This document shows, one piece after another, positions 37,576 through 48,197 of a stretch of DNA of 64,000 bases. A model generated the notes under the pieces. It was not told where the DNA came from and did not search any database. It worked only from the letters and a program-made list of their open reading frames with translations. Every line of letters starts with the position of its first letter. The stretch's first letter is position 1. The translations under genes and the position numbers were made by a program. The stretch comes from an uncultured Pseudohongiella sp. (GTDB lineage: Bacteria; Pseudomonadota; Gammaproteobacteria; Pseudomonadales; Pseudohongiellaceae), in the NCBI GenBank assembly GCA_964535565.1, contig CAZHUJ010000002.1, positions 99,493 through 163,492 on the forward strand, given 5' to 3'.

Positions 37576-39276
37576 ATGACTACACAAAAACCGCTTTATA
37601 TCGCCTACGCCGGCCCAACTCTGTTGGAAACACCCTTGCTGAACAAAGGCGGGGCCTTTACCGAGCTGGAGCGGCGCACGTTTAATCTGTTAGGCCTGCT
37701 GCCACCGCGTCACGAAACCATCGAGGGGCAGGTCGAGCGAGCATACCGGCAGTACTGCAGCTTTGAAGAACCCATCAACAAACACATCTACCTGCGTGCA
37801 GTGCAGGACACCAACGAGACGCTGTTTTACCGACTGATCAGCGAGCATCTGGTGGAGATGCTGCCCATTATTTATACGCCGACGGTGGGTGATGCCTGTG
37901 AGCATTTCTCTGACATCTACCGCAGGGCGCGAGGACTTTTTGTGTCGTACGAGGAACGTGAGTTCATGGCCGACATCATGCAAAGTGTGACCAAGGAAAA
38001 GGTCAAAGTGATTGTGGTCACCGATGGTGAGCGTGTGTTGGGCCTTGGAGATCAGGGCATTGGTGGCATGGGGATTACCATCGGCAAGTTGTCACTGTAC
38101 ACCGTTTGCGGAGGTATCAGCCCGGCTTATACCTTGCCGGTGGCTCTGGATGTAGGCACCAATAACCAGACTTTGCTGGATGATCCGATGTACATGGGAG
38201 TGCGCCATCCGCGTGTTACCGGTGAGGAGTACACCGCCTTTGTTGACAGTTTTATTGATGCCGCGCAGGAGCGCTGGCCCGGTGTGCTGATTCAGTTCGA
38301 GGATTTTGCACAGCCCAATGCCATGCCCATCCTGCAACGTCATCGTGATCGCGTGTGCTGTTTTAATGATGATATTCAGGGTACAGCAGCTGTGACACTG
38401 GGCACCTTGCTGGCGGCCTGTCGCAAAAAAGGCGAGAAACTCAGCGCACAACGCATTGTGTTTGTTGGCGCCGGTTCAGCCGGTTGTGGGATTGCTGAAC
38501 TGATCATCAGCGCGATGATCGCAGAAGGCTTGACCGATGCGCAGGCGCGCTCTCAGATTTTTATGGTGGATCGCTACGGCTTGCTGACCGAAGGCATGGA
38601 AAATCTCATGGATTTTCAGGAGCGCTTGTTGCAACCCAAAGTGGCAATCCAAAGCTGGCCGCTGGAGTCCGACAGCGAATACCCAGGCTTGTATGATGTG
38701 ATCAACAACGTGGGAGCCAGTGTGCTTATTGGTGTGTCGGGCAAGCCGGGGCTGTTCACGGAACGTGTGGTGCGTCGTATGCACACTTTGTGTGAACGTC
38801 CGATTATTCTGCCGCTGAGCAATCCCTCGCGCCACGTGGAAGCGCATCCGGCACAGGTGATGGAATGGACGGCAGGGCAGGCGATTGTGGCGACCGGCAG
38901 CCCGTTTGGCCAGGTGGATTACAACGGCCAGCGTTTCACCATTGCCCAGTGCAATAACAGCTATATTTTCCCCGGCATCGGACTTGGTGTGATTGCCTGT
39001 AAGTCCTCCCGTGTCACCGACGAAATGCTGATGACGGCCAGCATGACCTTGTCCGCATCTGCCCCGGATGTGGATGACCCGAAAGCGTCGATTCTGCCAC
39101 CACTGACCGATCTGCCGCAGATCAGCCGCAAGATCGCCTTTGCGGTGGCAAAAATGGCGATGAGTCAGGGCCACGCGCGTGAGATTCCGGATGATGAATT
39201 GCTGGAAATCATCGAGCACAATTTCTGGACACCGGCTTATCGTGAATACCGGCGTATTGCAGCGCGGGCCAGATAA
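37576..39276 (+). CDS. maeA: NAD-dependent malic enzyme
   Basis: Start at [28 protein letters not shown] (typical SfcA N-terminus). Also carries [14 protein letters not shown] and the NAD motif [11 protein letters not shown]. Confidence 0.9.
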   Translation: MTTQKPLYIAYAGPTLLETPLLNKGGAFTELERRTFNLLGLLPPRHETIEGQVERAYRQYCSFEEPINKHIYLRAVQDTNETLFYRLISEHLVEMLPIIYTPTVGDACEHFSDIYRRARGLFVSYEEREFMADIMQSVTKEKVKVIVVTDGERVLGLGDQGIGGMGITIGKLSLYTVCGGISPAYTLPVALDVGTNNQTLLDDPMYMGVRHPRVTGEEYTAFVDSFIDAAQERWPGVLIQFEDFAQPNAMPILQRHRDRVCCFNDDIQGTAAVTLGTLLAACRKKGEKLSAQRIVFVGAGSAGCGIAELIISAMIAEGLTDAQARSQIFMVDRYGLLTEGMENLMDFQERLLQPKVAIQSWPLESDSEYPGLYDVINNVGASVLIGVSGKPGLFTERVVRRMHTLCERPIILPLSNPSRHVEAHPAQVMEWTAGQAIVATGSPFGQVDYNGQRFTIAQCNNSYIFPGIGLGVIACKSSRVTDEMLMTASMTLSASAPDVDDPKASILPPLTDLPQISRKIAFAVAKMAMSQGHAREIPDDELLEIIEHNFWTPAYREYRRIAARAR

Positions 39277-39330
39277 CACATGTTGCAGGGCGCCCGGCCA
39301 TTGGTCCATTACCAGAATTTATCAGGACGC

Positions 39331-40251
39331 TTACAGAGTCACCGTGTTCTGTTGTAACAGGCTCAGCAGCGCCTCCGGTACATATTTGCGTGCTATCGAA
39401 ATTGCATAAAAGTTTTCGTACGCTTGCGGCAACATCTGGTACTGGGCCAGTACGCCCTGATCAATTTCATCTTTGACCACCACCGGTGGCAACACGGCCA
39501 ATGAGCCACTGTCGCGCGCCAGCAGGCGCAGCATCGCCATGTCGTCGGCTTCGGCGCGTACCACCGGCTGGTATTGCCAGGTCGCACACAAAGACTCGAA
39601 CGCTGAGCGTATGGCACTGCCGCGACCGGGCAAAACCCAGGTGGCTTTGTTGTATCCGTGTGGAAAAGGACCTGTGGGCACCTGACCGCCGGGGCCGACA
39701 ATGGCCAGTTGCTGACGAGCGACCAGTTGGCTCTGCCACGATGGACCCGTGCCAAGACTGCTTTCCGCCAGTGGACTGCCACTGCCATCACTGACCACCG
39801 CGCGGTTGGTCAGAGCCAGATCCAGCTCATGACGGCTCAACCCTTCCAGCAAGCGGTTCATGTCACCGGTGACCAGCGACAGGCTGACTTGCTCGTTGGC
39901 CAGCAGCGGCTGGATAAAACGCTCGGTAAAGTTACGTGACAGATTGGTGAGTACACCAATGGCCAGTTGTTGTGTGTGCTGGCTGGCGCCACGCAGCAAA
40001 ATGGATTCCAGTTCCTCGCCGGTGCGAAAAATGTCCTGTGCGTAGCGCAGCACCTGACGGCCCGTATCGGTCAGCACGAGGCGCCTACCGCTTCGGGTGA
40101 ACAGTTCCACGCCCATGGTGTGCTCAAACTGTCGAATCTGCGCGGACAGTGCTGATTGCGACACATGCAGCGCCTCAGCGGCCTGGGTCAGGTGGCCCAG
40201 CGTTGCCACTTTCCAGAAGTAGTACAGATGGTGGTAATTCAGGCGGCTCAT
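39331..40251 (-). CDS. LysR-family transcriptional regulator, divergent from dabBA
   Basis: N-terminal wHTH YHHLYYFWKVATLGHLTQAAEALHVSQSALSAQIRQFE (NhaR/LysR-like). Confidence 0.85.
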   Translation of the reverse strand: MSRLNYHHLYYFWKVATLGHLTQAAEALHVSQSALSAQIRQFEHTMGVELFTRSGRRLVLTDTGRQVLRYAQDIFRTGEELESILLRGASQHTQQLAIGVLTNLSRNFTERFIQPLLANEQVSLSLVTGDMNRLLEGLSRHELDLALTNRAVVSDGSGSPLAESSLGTGPSWQSQLVARQQLAIVGPGGQVPTGPFPHGYNKATWVLPGRGSAIRSAFESLCATWQYQPVVRAEADDMAMLRLLARDSGSLAVLPPVVVKDEIDQGVLAQYQMLPQAYENFYAISIARKYVPEALLSLLQQNTVTL

Positions 40252-40272
40252 CTACGCATCACCTTGTGTGAA

Positions 40273-40310
40273 TTAAAATAGAACGATTACAGATAATATA
40301 TCTATTTTAA
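40273..40310. promoter_or_regulatory. Inverted repeat in the LysR-dabB divergent promoter (candidate operator)
   Basis: TTAAAATAGA (40273-40282), then N18, then TCTATTTTAA (40301-40310), in a very AT-rich 145 bp intergenic region. Confidence 0.35.
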
Positions 40311-40396
40311 TTAATTAAATAGCTCTGTCAGACTGCGCGCCAGTCAAGGACCTGGGTGGAAGCAGGTCTGGATACGCCCCATGACGGAGAAAAATT

Positions 40397-42076
40397 GTGC
40401 TGCAGATCTGGTTGTTGTCGCTTGTACCACTGAGTATCCCCGGACTTCTTGCTCTCAGTGCCTTGTGTCTGAATCGCCGAAGCAGTGCCCGCCCTGACTC
40501 TCATACCCTCGGCATTATTCGTCTGACCACCGTGTTCAGCGCACTGGCCAGCGCTGCGGTCGTCCTCTGGTTGTTGCTGTGTGCGACCGGATTGAGCCAG
40601 CAATCGCCCGGCCAGTTGATTACCTTGACGCCTCTGCGCGCGGTGATGCTGGCGCTGGTGTTGGGTCTGGCCGCGGTTCTGCTGCAGTTTTCGCGCAACT
40701 ACATGGCCGGTGAGAGCTGTTACAACGGATATTTTCGCTGGTTGCTGATGACGGTTGCTGCAGTCTGTCTGACTGTGATCGCCAACCATCTGGTGTTGTT
40801 TGTGCTCGGCTGGGCCTCAGTCAGTGTGAGTTTGCACCAGTTGCTGACGTTGTATCCGGAGCGTCCGCGCGCAGTGCTGGCCGCGCACAAAAAATTTATT
40901 CTGGCGCGCATCGCCGAGCTTTGTGTACTGGGTGCCGCCTTGTTGTTGTCGATGTCGCACAACAGCTTTTACATCGATCAGATTCTGCAGGCGGTCGCGG
41001 CAGCGCCTGCGTTGACCCTCAATGAACACCTCGCTGCCTGGTTGCTGGGCATGGCGGCGCTGATCAAATGCGCGCAACTGCCGCTGCACGGCTGGTTGAT
41101 TAAAGTGGTGGAAGTACCGACACCGATCAGCGCACTGCTGCATGCCGGTGTGATTAATCTCGGCGGCTTTATGTTGCTGGTGTTTGCACCGCTGTTTGCC
41201 CGCTCCGAGCTGGCACAGTGGTGGGTGCTGCTGGTCGCCGGGGTCAGCACCGTACTCTCCGTGCTCATCATGACGACGCGCATCAGCGTAAAAGTCAGGC
41301 TGGCCTGGTCAACCTCGGCGCAGATGGGGTTGATGTTGATGGAGATCGCGCTGGGCTTGTACGAACTGGCGCTGTTACATCTGCTGGCGCACTCGCTGTA
41401 CAAGGCACACGCCTTCCTGAGTGCGGGTAACGCGGTCAATCAGCATCTGGAACAAACGCTGTTGCCAGCGGCATCGTCCACCAGCGCGAGCAATCGGGCG
41501 GTGGCCGGTATCGTGACTGTGTTTGGTGTGCTCTGTATCGTGCTCTGTGTCGTGCTCTTTGTAATAGCAGCGATGTGGCTCACCGGTTCCGAGGGTCCAC
41601 TCAGTCCCTGGTCGCTGTTGAGCATTGGTCTGCTCAGTTTTGCGCTGCGTTCAACAACATCCACAACAACAGCGACATCCGCCGCACAAGCCCTGTGTTA
41701 TGTGATTCCACTGATGTTGTTGCTGACAATCGCCTACGTGCTGCTCAAACACCTGCTGATGCAATTGCCGGAGTTTGCCGCGCTTCGTGGCGTCAGTGCT
41801 TTGCACGCACCAATGTCCGCCGCTGATCTGGTCAGCATGCTGCTGTTTGCTTTGATCCCGCTGACCGCCTGGCTCCTGCATTACAAGGCATTGCATCCTC
41901 GGGTACAGCGTTTGTCAGCATTGTTGTTCGCCGGATTTTATCTGGATGAATGGTTTACCCGCATGACGCTGTGGTTGTGGCCTGCTTCATTGCCGCGCAC
42001 ACAGGACACCCGACCCGCGTTTAGAAGCCGACGTTCCGTCAAATCGCTGTTGTCCACTCAGGAGTCTTCCCGATGA
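40397..42076 (+). CDS. dabB: DabB: NuoL/MrpA-like proton-conducting membrane subunit of a DAB inorganic carbon pump
   Basis: 559 aa, roughly 12-14 hydrophobic helices and a Proton_antipo_M-like core (LIKCAQLPLHGWL, SALLHAGVINLGGF). GTG start after GGAG. Its stop overlaps the dabA start. Confidence 0.8.
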   Translation: MLQIWLLSLVPLSIPGLLALSALCLNRRSSARPDSHTLGIIRLTTVFSALASAAVVLWLLLCATGLSQQSPGQLITLTPLRAVMLALVLGLAAVLLQFSRNYMAGESCYNGYFRWLLMTVAAVCLTVIANHLVLFVLGWASVSVSLHQLLTLYPERPRAVLAAHKKFILARIAELCVLGAALLLSMSHNSFYIDQILQAVAAAPALTLNEHLAAWLLGMAALIKCAQLPLHGWLIKVVEVPTPISALLHAGVINLGGFMLLVFAPLFARSELAQWWVLLVAGVSTVLSVLIMTTRISVKVRLAWSTSAQMGLMLMEIALGLYELALLHLLAHSLYKAHAFLSAGNAVNQHLEQTLLPAASSTSASNRAVAGIVTVFGVLCIVLCVVLFVIAAMWLTGSEGPLSPWSLLSIGLLSFALRSTTSTTTATSAAQALCYVIPLMLLLTIAYVLLKHLLMQLPEFAALRGVSALHAPMSAADLVSMLLFALIPLTAWLLHYKALHPRVQRLSALLFAGFYLDEWFTRMTLWLWPASLPRTQDTRPAFRSRRSVKSLLSTQESSR

Positions 42077-44583
42077 TGATTGTTATTGCCAGTTCCCACG
42101 ACACTGTTCACAACACTGGCCAAAATGCCGGGCTCGAACTGACCGCCGCGCAACACGAGCTGATCTCGCAGGCTGCGGGATGGATCGCGCCGGTGTGGCC
42201 ACTGGACCAAACCATCGCCGTCAACCCGTACTGGCAACTGAGACACTTGCCCCGTCGACAGGTGGCCGCGCGTATGGCGGCGCTGGCAGGCAGTCCGAGC
42301 CTGATGGAGCCCGCGTGGTACCGCGAGGCCTGGCAACAGGGACGGATACAACCCGAAGACTTGCTGCGCGCAGCCAGTACCGCAACCAATCCTCCCGAGC
42401 AACCGGTCAGCGTGGACAGTTTGTTGAGTGCGCTGAACAAGACCTCGTCCGCGCCGGTGTGGCGCAAACTGTCGGATCTGCTGGATACCCGTCGCAGCCC
42501 GCGGCAGATGTCCTGGCAGGAGGAAATCCTGTACCAGATCAGCCAGTTTTGCGCAGCGCATTGCCAACAACAAAAACCATTGCTGGCACGCGCAGTCACG
42601 GCTGTGTCGCAACAAACACAGTCCGATTTGTATACGCACTGGCTGCAAAACATTCAACGCGATCGTGGCATCAGTGTGTTGATGTCGGCGCCGTCGCTGA
42701 CTCATCAGTTTTATGCGTTGCCTGCCTCGCGCGATGCACTGCTGGCCACGGCAATCAGTGAACTGGAACTGGAAGATGAACAGCTGGCGCTTTATTGCCA
42801 CGCCTTGTTGCTGGATGTGAACGGCTGGGCTTCGCATCTGGCCTGGCGCGCCTGGCACCAACAAGGTGAACACAAGCTGGATGAACTCAAGGATTTGCTG
42901 GCAATCCGGATGGCCTGGGAGCTGGTGTTATGGCGAGATCAACTCGGTCACAGCGATGGCAATGACTCCGGGGGACAAGACTGCTGGTTGCAAAATGCAT
43001 GGCGGCTGGAAAAAAACGCACTCAATACCCTGATAAACCAACACGAGCAGGCGCAACAACCGCTGTGGATCTGGGCCCGTGCGCTTGAATTGTCTGAGCA
43101 GCGGGATTTGCGTCATCGTTTGCGACAGGGCCTGACATCTGTCGGCGATAACACAGAGTCTGGCTGCGCGGAATCCGCGGCCGCTTTGCAGGCCATATTC
43201 TGCATTGATGTGCGCTCGGAACCCATGCGTCGAGCGTTGGAGAGCCAGGGCGCCCACATTCAGACGGCCGGATTTGCCGGATTTTTTGGCTTGCCTATTG
43301 CGTGCAAACCCGACGGCACCGAGCTATGCCGTCCGCAGTTACCCGGATTGCTGGCACCGCAACTGACCGCAACACCGGTCGCCAGTGATCAGGCACTGCT
43401 ACGGCATCAGCAGCACGCGCGTTGGCAGGGCTGGAGCGAATCGGCACCCGGGACCTTTGCCATGGTGGAAAGCGCAGGCGTCAGTTATCTGTTCAATTTG
43501 CTCAGGCAGAGTTTTAAACCCGCGGCCCAGGAAAACCCGGTCAGCGCACTGACGCATCAGACACAATGGCAATTGCAGCGCGATGGAAGCGTGCTGGACG
43601 CGCAGGCGCTGGCGGCGCTGGTCAAGCCGGTGCTCGGCGCCATCGGCATCACCGACTGGGCGCCCACGGTGTTGCTGGTTGGCCATGGCAGCCACAGCGC
43701 CAATAACCTGCAAGCGGCAGGTCTGGATTGTGGCGCCTGTGGCGGGCAAACCGGTGAAGTTAATGTGCGAGTGCTGGCGCAAGTGCTCAATAACCCGGAG
43801 GTCAGAATCGCACTGGCAAACGCGGGCACCGTTATCCCGACACAAACAAAGTTTGTAGCAGCCTTGCATAACACCACCACGGATCACATCGACTGTTTTG
43901 ATCCGCAGGCTGCCGCATCACTGAAAACCCTGTTGTCGGCCGCTACAGCGCTGGCGCAAAAACAGCGCGCCAGACAGTTTGCAGAACTCGATGGCCTGTT
44001 GTCAGCCACACAACTGGACAAGGCATTTTTGCATCGCAGCAACGACTGGTCACAGCCCAGACCCGAATGGGGACTGGCCAATAATAAAGCGTTTGTCATG
44101 GCACCTCGTGCGTGGACACGGTCAACCGATCTGCAGGGCAGGGTGTTTTTGCATGATTACCAATGGCAGGCTGATGCCGCGAACAACTATGGTGTACTCG
44201 AACTGCTGATGACGGCGCCGATGATTGTCACGCACTGGATTAACATGCAGTACAACGCCTCCATGACGGACAACCACAAGTTCGGCAGCGGCAACAAACT
44301 GCTGCATAACGCTGTGGGTGGCAACCTCGGTGTGTTTGAAGGTAATGCCGGTGATCTGCGAATTGGACTGGCACGTCAGTCGCTGCACGATGGTGAGCGC
44401 TGGATGCACACACCGGTGCGACTGGCGGTGTACATTGCAGCTCCGGTGGAAGCGATTGCCGCGATTGTTGCCCGTCATCCGATGTTGCAGGATCTGGTCA
44501 ACAACGACTGGATTGAACTGTACCAGTGGCAGGCTGAAGAGGGTTTTGCGCGCTTGTATCAGGGCCGTTTGATTGTCTATTGA
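42073..44583 (+). CDS. dabA: DabA: DUF2309/UPF0753 (YbcC) beta-carbonic-anhydrase-like subunit of a DAB inorganic carbon pump
   Basis: 836 aa with FCIDVRSEP (Cys377-x-Asp379, nt 43201-43209) and GHGSHS...LDCGACGG (His541, Cys553, Cys556). It is coupled to a NuoL-like gene by an ATGA overlap at 42073-42076. Confidence 0.85.
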   Translation: MMIVIASSHDTVHNTGQNAGLELTAAQHELISQAAGWIAPVWPLDQTIAVNPYWQLRHLPRRQVAARMAALAGSPSLMEPAWYREAWQQGRIQPEDLLRAASTATNPPEQPVSVDSLLSALNKTSSAPVWRKLSDLLDTRRSPRQMSWQEEILYQISQFCAAHCQQQKPLLARAVTAVSQQTQSDLYTHWLQNIQRDRGISVLMSAPSLTHQFYALPASRDALLATAISELELEDEQLALYCHALLLDVNGWASHLAWRAWHQQGEHKLDELKDLLAIRMAWELVLWRDQLGHSDGNDSGGQDCWLQNAWRLEKNALNTLINQHEQAQQPLWIWARALELSEQRDLRHRLRQGLTSVGDNTESGCAESAAALQAIFCIDVRSEPMRRALESQGAHIQTAGFAGFFGLPIACKPDGTELCRPQLPGLLAPQLTATPVASDQALLRHQQHARWQGWSESAPGTFAMVESAGVSYLFNLLRQSFKPAAQENPVSALTHQTQWQLQRDGSVLDAQALAALVKPVLGAIGITDWAPTVLLVGHGSHSANNLQAAGLDCGACGGQTGEVNVRVLAQVLNNPEVRIALANAGTVIPTQTKFVAALHNTTTDHIDCFDPQAAASLKTLLSAATALAQKQRARQFAELDGLLSATQLDKAFLHRSNDWSQPRPEWGLANNKAFVMAPRAWTRSTDLQGRVFLHDYQWQADAANNYGVLELLMTAPMIVTHWINMQYNASMTDNHKFGSGNKLLHNAVGGNLGVFEGNAGDLRIGLARQSLHDGERWMHTPVRLAVYIAAPVEAIAAIVARHPMLQDLVNNDWIELYQWQAEEGFARLYQGRLIVY

Positions 44584-44643
44584 GCCCGGATAAGCCAGAA
44601 TACGCGCCCTTTTAACGAGTTCGCTGCTGACAATACCTACCTC

Positions 44644-46230
44644 ATGTCCAATTTTGCTCTTGAACAGGAAATCGCAACCCGGCGCACCTTTGCGATTATC
44701 TCGCACCCCGACGCCGGTAAAACCACTATCACCGAAAAATTGCTGTTGTTCGGCCGCCTGATTCAGAAGGCCGGCACCGTCAAAGGCAAAAAGAGTGATC
44801 GTCATGCCACCTCGGACTGGATGGCGATGGAGCAGCAGCGAGGCATTTCCGTGACCTCATCGGTAATGCAGTTTCCCTATGCCGATGCCATTGTGAACCT
44901 GCTGGACACCCCCGGTCACGAAGACTTCTCCGAGGATACCTACCGCGTACTGACCGCCGTGGACTCCGCGCTGATGGTGGTTGATGGCGCCAAGGGTGTT
45001 GAGGAGCGCACCATCAAACTGATGGAAGTGTGTCGTCTGCGTGATACCCCGATTTTCACTTTTGTGAACAAACTCGACAGGGACACGCGTGAGCCGATTG
45101 AAGTGCTCGACGAAATTGAAACCGTACTAAACATCCGCTGCGCGCCCATTTACTGGCCGCTGGGTAACGGCAAACAGTTTAAGGGTATTTATAACCTGTA
45201 CACCGATACCATCCATGTTTATCACCATGGCCAGGGTGATCGTATTCCAGATGATGTGCGTGTGCAGGGGTTGCGAAGCGCGGAAGCCAAGGCCTTGCTC
45301 GGCGCTTATGCCGACGATTTTGCTGACGAAATTGATCTGGTGCGTGGTGCCAGTAACGAATTCGATGTGGAAGAGTACCTGGCAGGTCGCATGACACCGG
45401 TATTTTTTGGCACCGCACTCGGCAACTTTGGTGTGCGCGAAATGCTCGACGATTTTGTGAAGTGGGCACCGCCGCCGCGTGCACGCGCCACCGAAACCCG
45501 GCTGGTGGCACCGACGGAAGAAGCCTTCAGCGCGTTTGTGTTCAAAATTCAGGCCAATATGGACCCCAATCACCGCGACCGCGTGGCATTTTTGCGTATC
45601 TGCTCAGGCGCGTATGAAAAAGGCAAAAAGCTGCAGCATTGCCGTTTAGGCAAGGAAGTGCGTATCAGTGATGCGGTCACTTTCCTGGCCGGAGACCGCG
45701 AGCAGGCAGAGTATGCGGTCTCCGGAGACATTATAGGCTTTCATAACCACGGCACTATCCAGATCGGTGATACGTTCTCGGAGGGTGAACTGCTCAAATT
45801 CACCGGAATCCCGCACTTTGCGCCTGAGCTGTTCCGTCGCATCCGTTTAAAAGACCCTCTGAAAACAAAACAGCTGCAGAAAGGTTTGAAGCAGTTGGCA
45901 GAGGAGGGGTCGGTGCAGGTATTTATGCCGATGCGCAACAATGACCTGATTGTTGGCGCGGTGGGTGTGCTGCAGTTTGAAGTGGTGGCGTACCGCCTGC
46001 TGGATGAGTACAAAGTGGATTGCATTTACGAGCCGGTAAACGTCTACAGCGCGCGCTGGATTGAGTGCTCGGATGCGAAGAAGCTGGAAGAGTTCAAGAA
46101 AAAGGCGTACGACAACCTGGCGGTAGATGGCGGTGATCATTTGACGTATCTGCCGCCGACGCGGGTGAATTTGTCGTTGATGCAGGAGCGTTGGCCTGAA
46201 GTCACGTTCCATGCAACGCGTGAGCACTAA
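44644..46230 (+). CDS. prfC: Peptide chain release factor 3
   Basis: GTPase motifs [20 protein letters not shown] and NKLD; 528 aa. Confidence 0.95.
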   Translation: MSNFALEQEIATRRTFAIISHPDAGKTTITEKLLLFGRLIQKAGTVKGKKSDRHATSDWMAMEQQRGISVTSSVMQFPYADAIVNLLDTPGHEDFSEDTYRVLTAVDSALMVVDGAKGVEERTIKLMEVCRLRDTPIFTFVNKLDRDTREPIEVLDEIETVLNIRCAPIYWPLGNGKQFKGIYNLYTDTIHVYHHGQGDRIPDDVRVQGLRSAEAKALLGAYADDFADEIDLVRGASNEFDVEEYLAGRMTPVFFGTALGNFGVREMLDDFVKWAPPPRARATETRLVAPTEEAFSAFVFKIQANMDPNHRDRVAFLRICSGAYEKGKKLQHCRLGKEVRISDAVTFLAGDREQAEYAVSGDIIGFHNHGTIQIGDTFSEGELLKFTGIPHFAPELFRRIRLKDPLKTKQLQKGLKQLAEEGSVQVFMPMRNNDLIVGAVGVLQFEVVAYRLLDEYKVDCIYEPVNVYSARWIECSDAKKLEEFKKKAYDNLAVDGGDHLTYLPPTRVNLSLMQERWPEVTFHATREH

Positions 46231-46347
46231 GTGGTATTGATTTCGCGCCGGTGCCATATCTGATGCACAGCTTTTGGCGTCAGCAGCGGTGCGCTGGCAG
46301 TGGCTGGTACCAGGATTTTTGTGGCGGGTGGCACAATCAGTGGATGA

Positions 46348-46464
46348 GCGGAGTGGGGGTGGTACAGGGCTGAAGGACCGTCGGCGCCCATGGATGGGCG
46401 ACGCCGAGCCCTCCAGGGATGGATTTACGGGCGTGTCCTGAAGCCTGTACCACCCCCGCTCCGC
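46348..46464 (+). repeat. Palindromic REP/MITE-like element, copy B (full length)
   Basis: An outer ~30 bp inverted repeat (GCGGAGTGGGGGTGGTACAGGGCTGAAGGAC / GTCCTGAAGCCTGTACCACCCCCGCTCCGC) encloses the core CGTCGGCGCCCATGGATGGGCGACGCCGAGCCCTCCAGGGATGGATTTACGGGCGTGTCC. Confidence 0.65.
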
Positions 46465-46476
46465 GGTGACCACTGA

Positions 46477-47697
<1,221 letters not shown>

Positions 47698-47814
47698 TGC
47701 CGGTATTTATTTGCCACCGGTCCTTGAAAACCGCTGGCCTGTCGCCATAACCATTCAACTACAACAACGATGTGACGTCCGCACAGAAACACGGGCGCGC
47801 AGCAGGAGACAATT

Positions 47815-48153
47815 ATGATGGACTTTTTTATCAGCAGCGCGCATGCCCAACAGGCGGCCGCCCCACAGGGTGGAGCGTTATTTAATCTGTTTTTTATCGG
47901 CGGCATGCTTGTTCTGTTTTACCTGATCCTGTGGCGTCCTCAGTCCAAACGAGCTAAAGAGCACCGCGAGCTGGTCAATAACCTGAACAAGGGTGATGAA
48001 GTGCTGACCAGTGGTGGCATTCTGGGCAAGGTGACCAAAGTCACAGCAGAGTATGTGACTGTGGAAGTAGCCAACGGTGTTGAACTGAATCTCCAGAAAG
48101 CTTCCGTGGCAGCCGCTCTGCCAAAAGGCACTATCAAGTCTATCGATAACTGA
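47815..48153 (+). CDS. yajC: Preprotein translocase subunit YajC
   Basis: A single TM segment followed by RPQSKRAKEHRELVNNLNKGDEV. Confidence 0.9.
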   Translation: MMDFFISSAHAQQAAAPQGGALFNLFFIGGMLVLFYLILWRPQSKRAKEHRELVNNLNKGDEVLTSGGILGKVTKVTAEYVTVEVANGVELNLQKASVAAALPKGTIKSIDN

Positions 48154-48197
48154 CAGCCACGCTTTTGTGACTGCCCACGTGGTGAAGGTCAGCAGAC

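Noticed and set aside
38476-39309. 277 aa minus-strand ORF
   Set aside because: Antisense to the malic enzyme gene, which has strong family motifs. Its composition is His/Arg/Gly-rich and nonsense-like.
42058-42873. 271 aa minus-strand ORF, plus the overlapping 181 aa and 193 aa ORFs
   Set aside because: They overlap the 5' part of dabA, which reads through with conserved DUF2309 features and is translationally coupled to dabB. These are shadow ORFs.
44122-44805. 227 aa minus-strand ORF
   Set aside because: Antisense to the 3' end of dabA and the 5' end of prfC.
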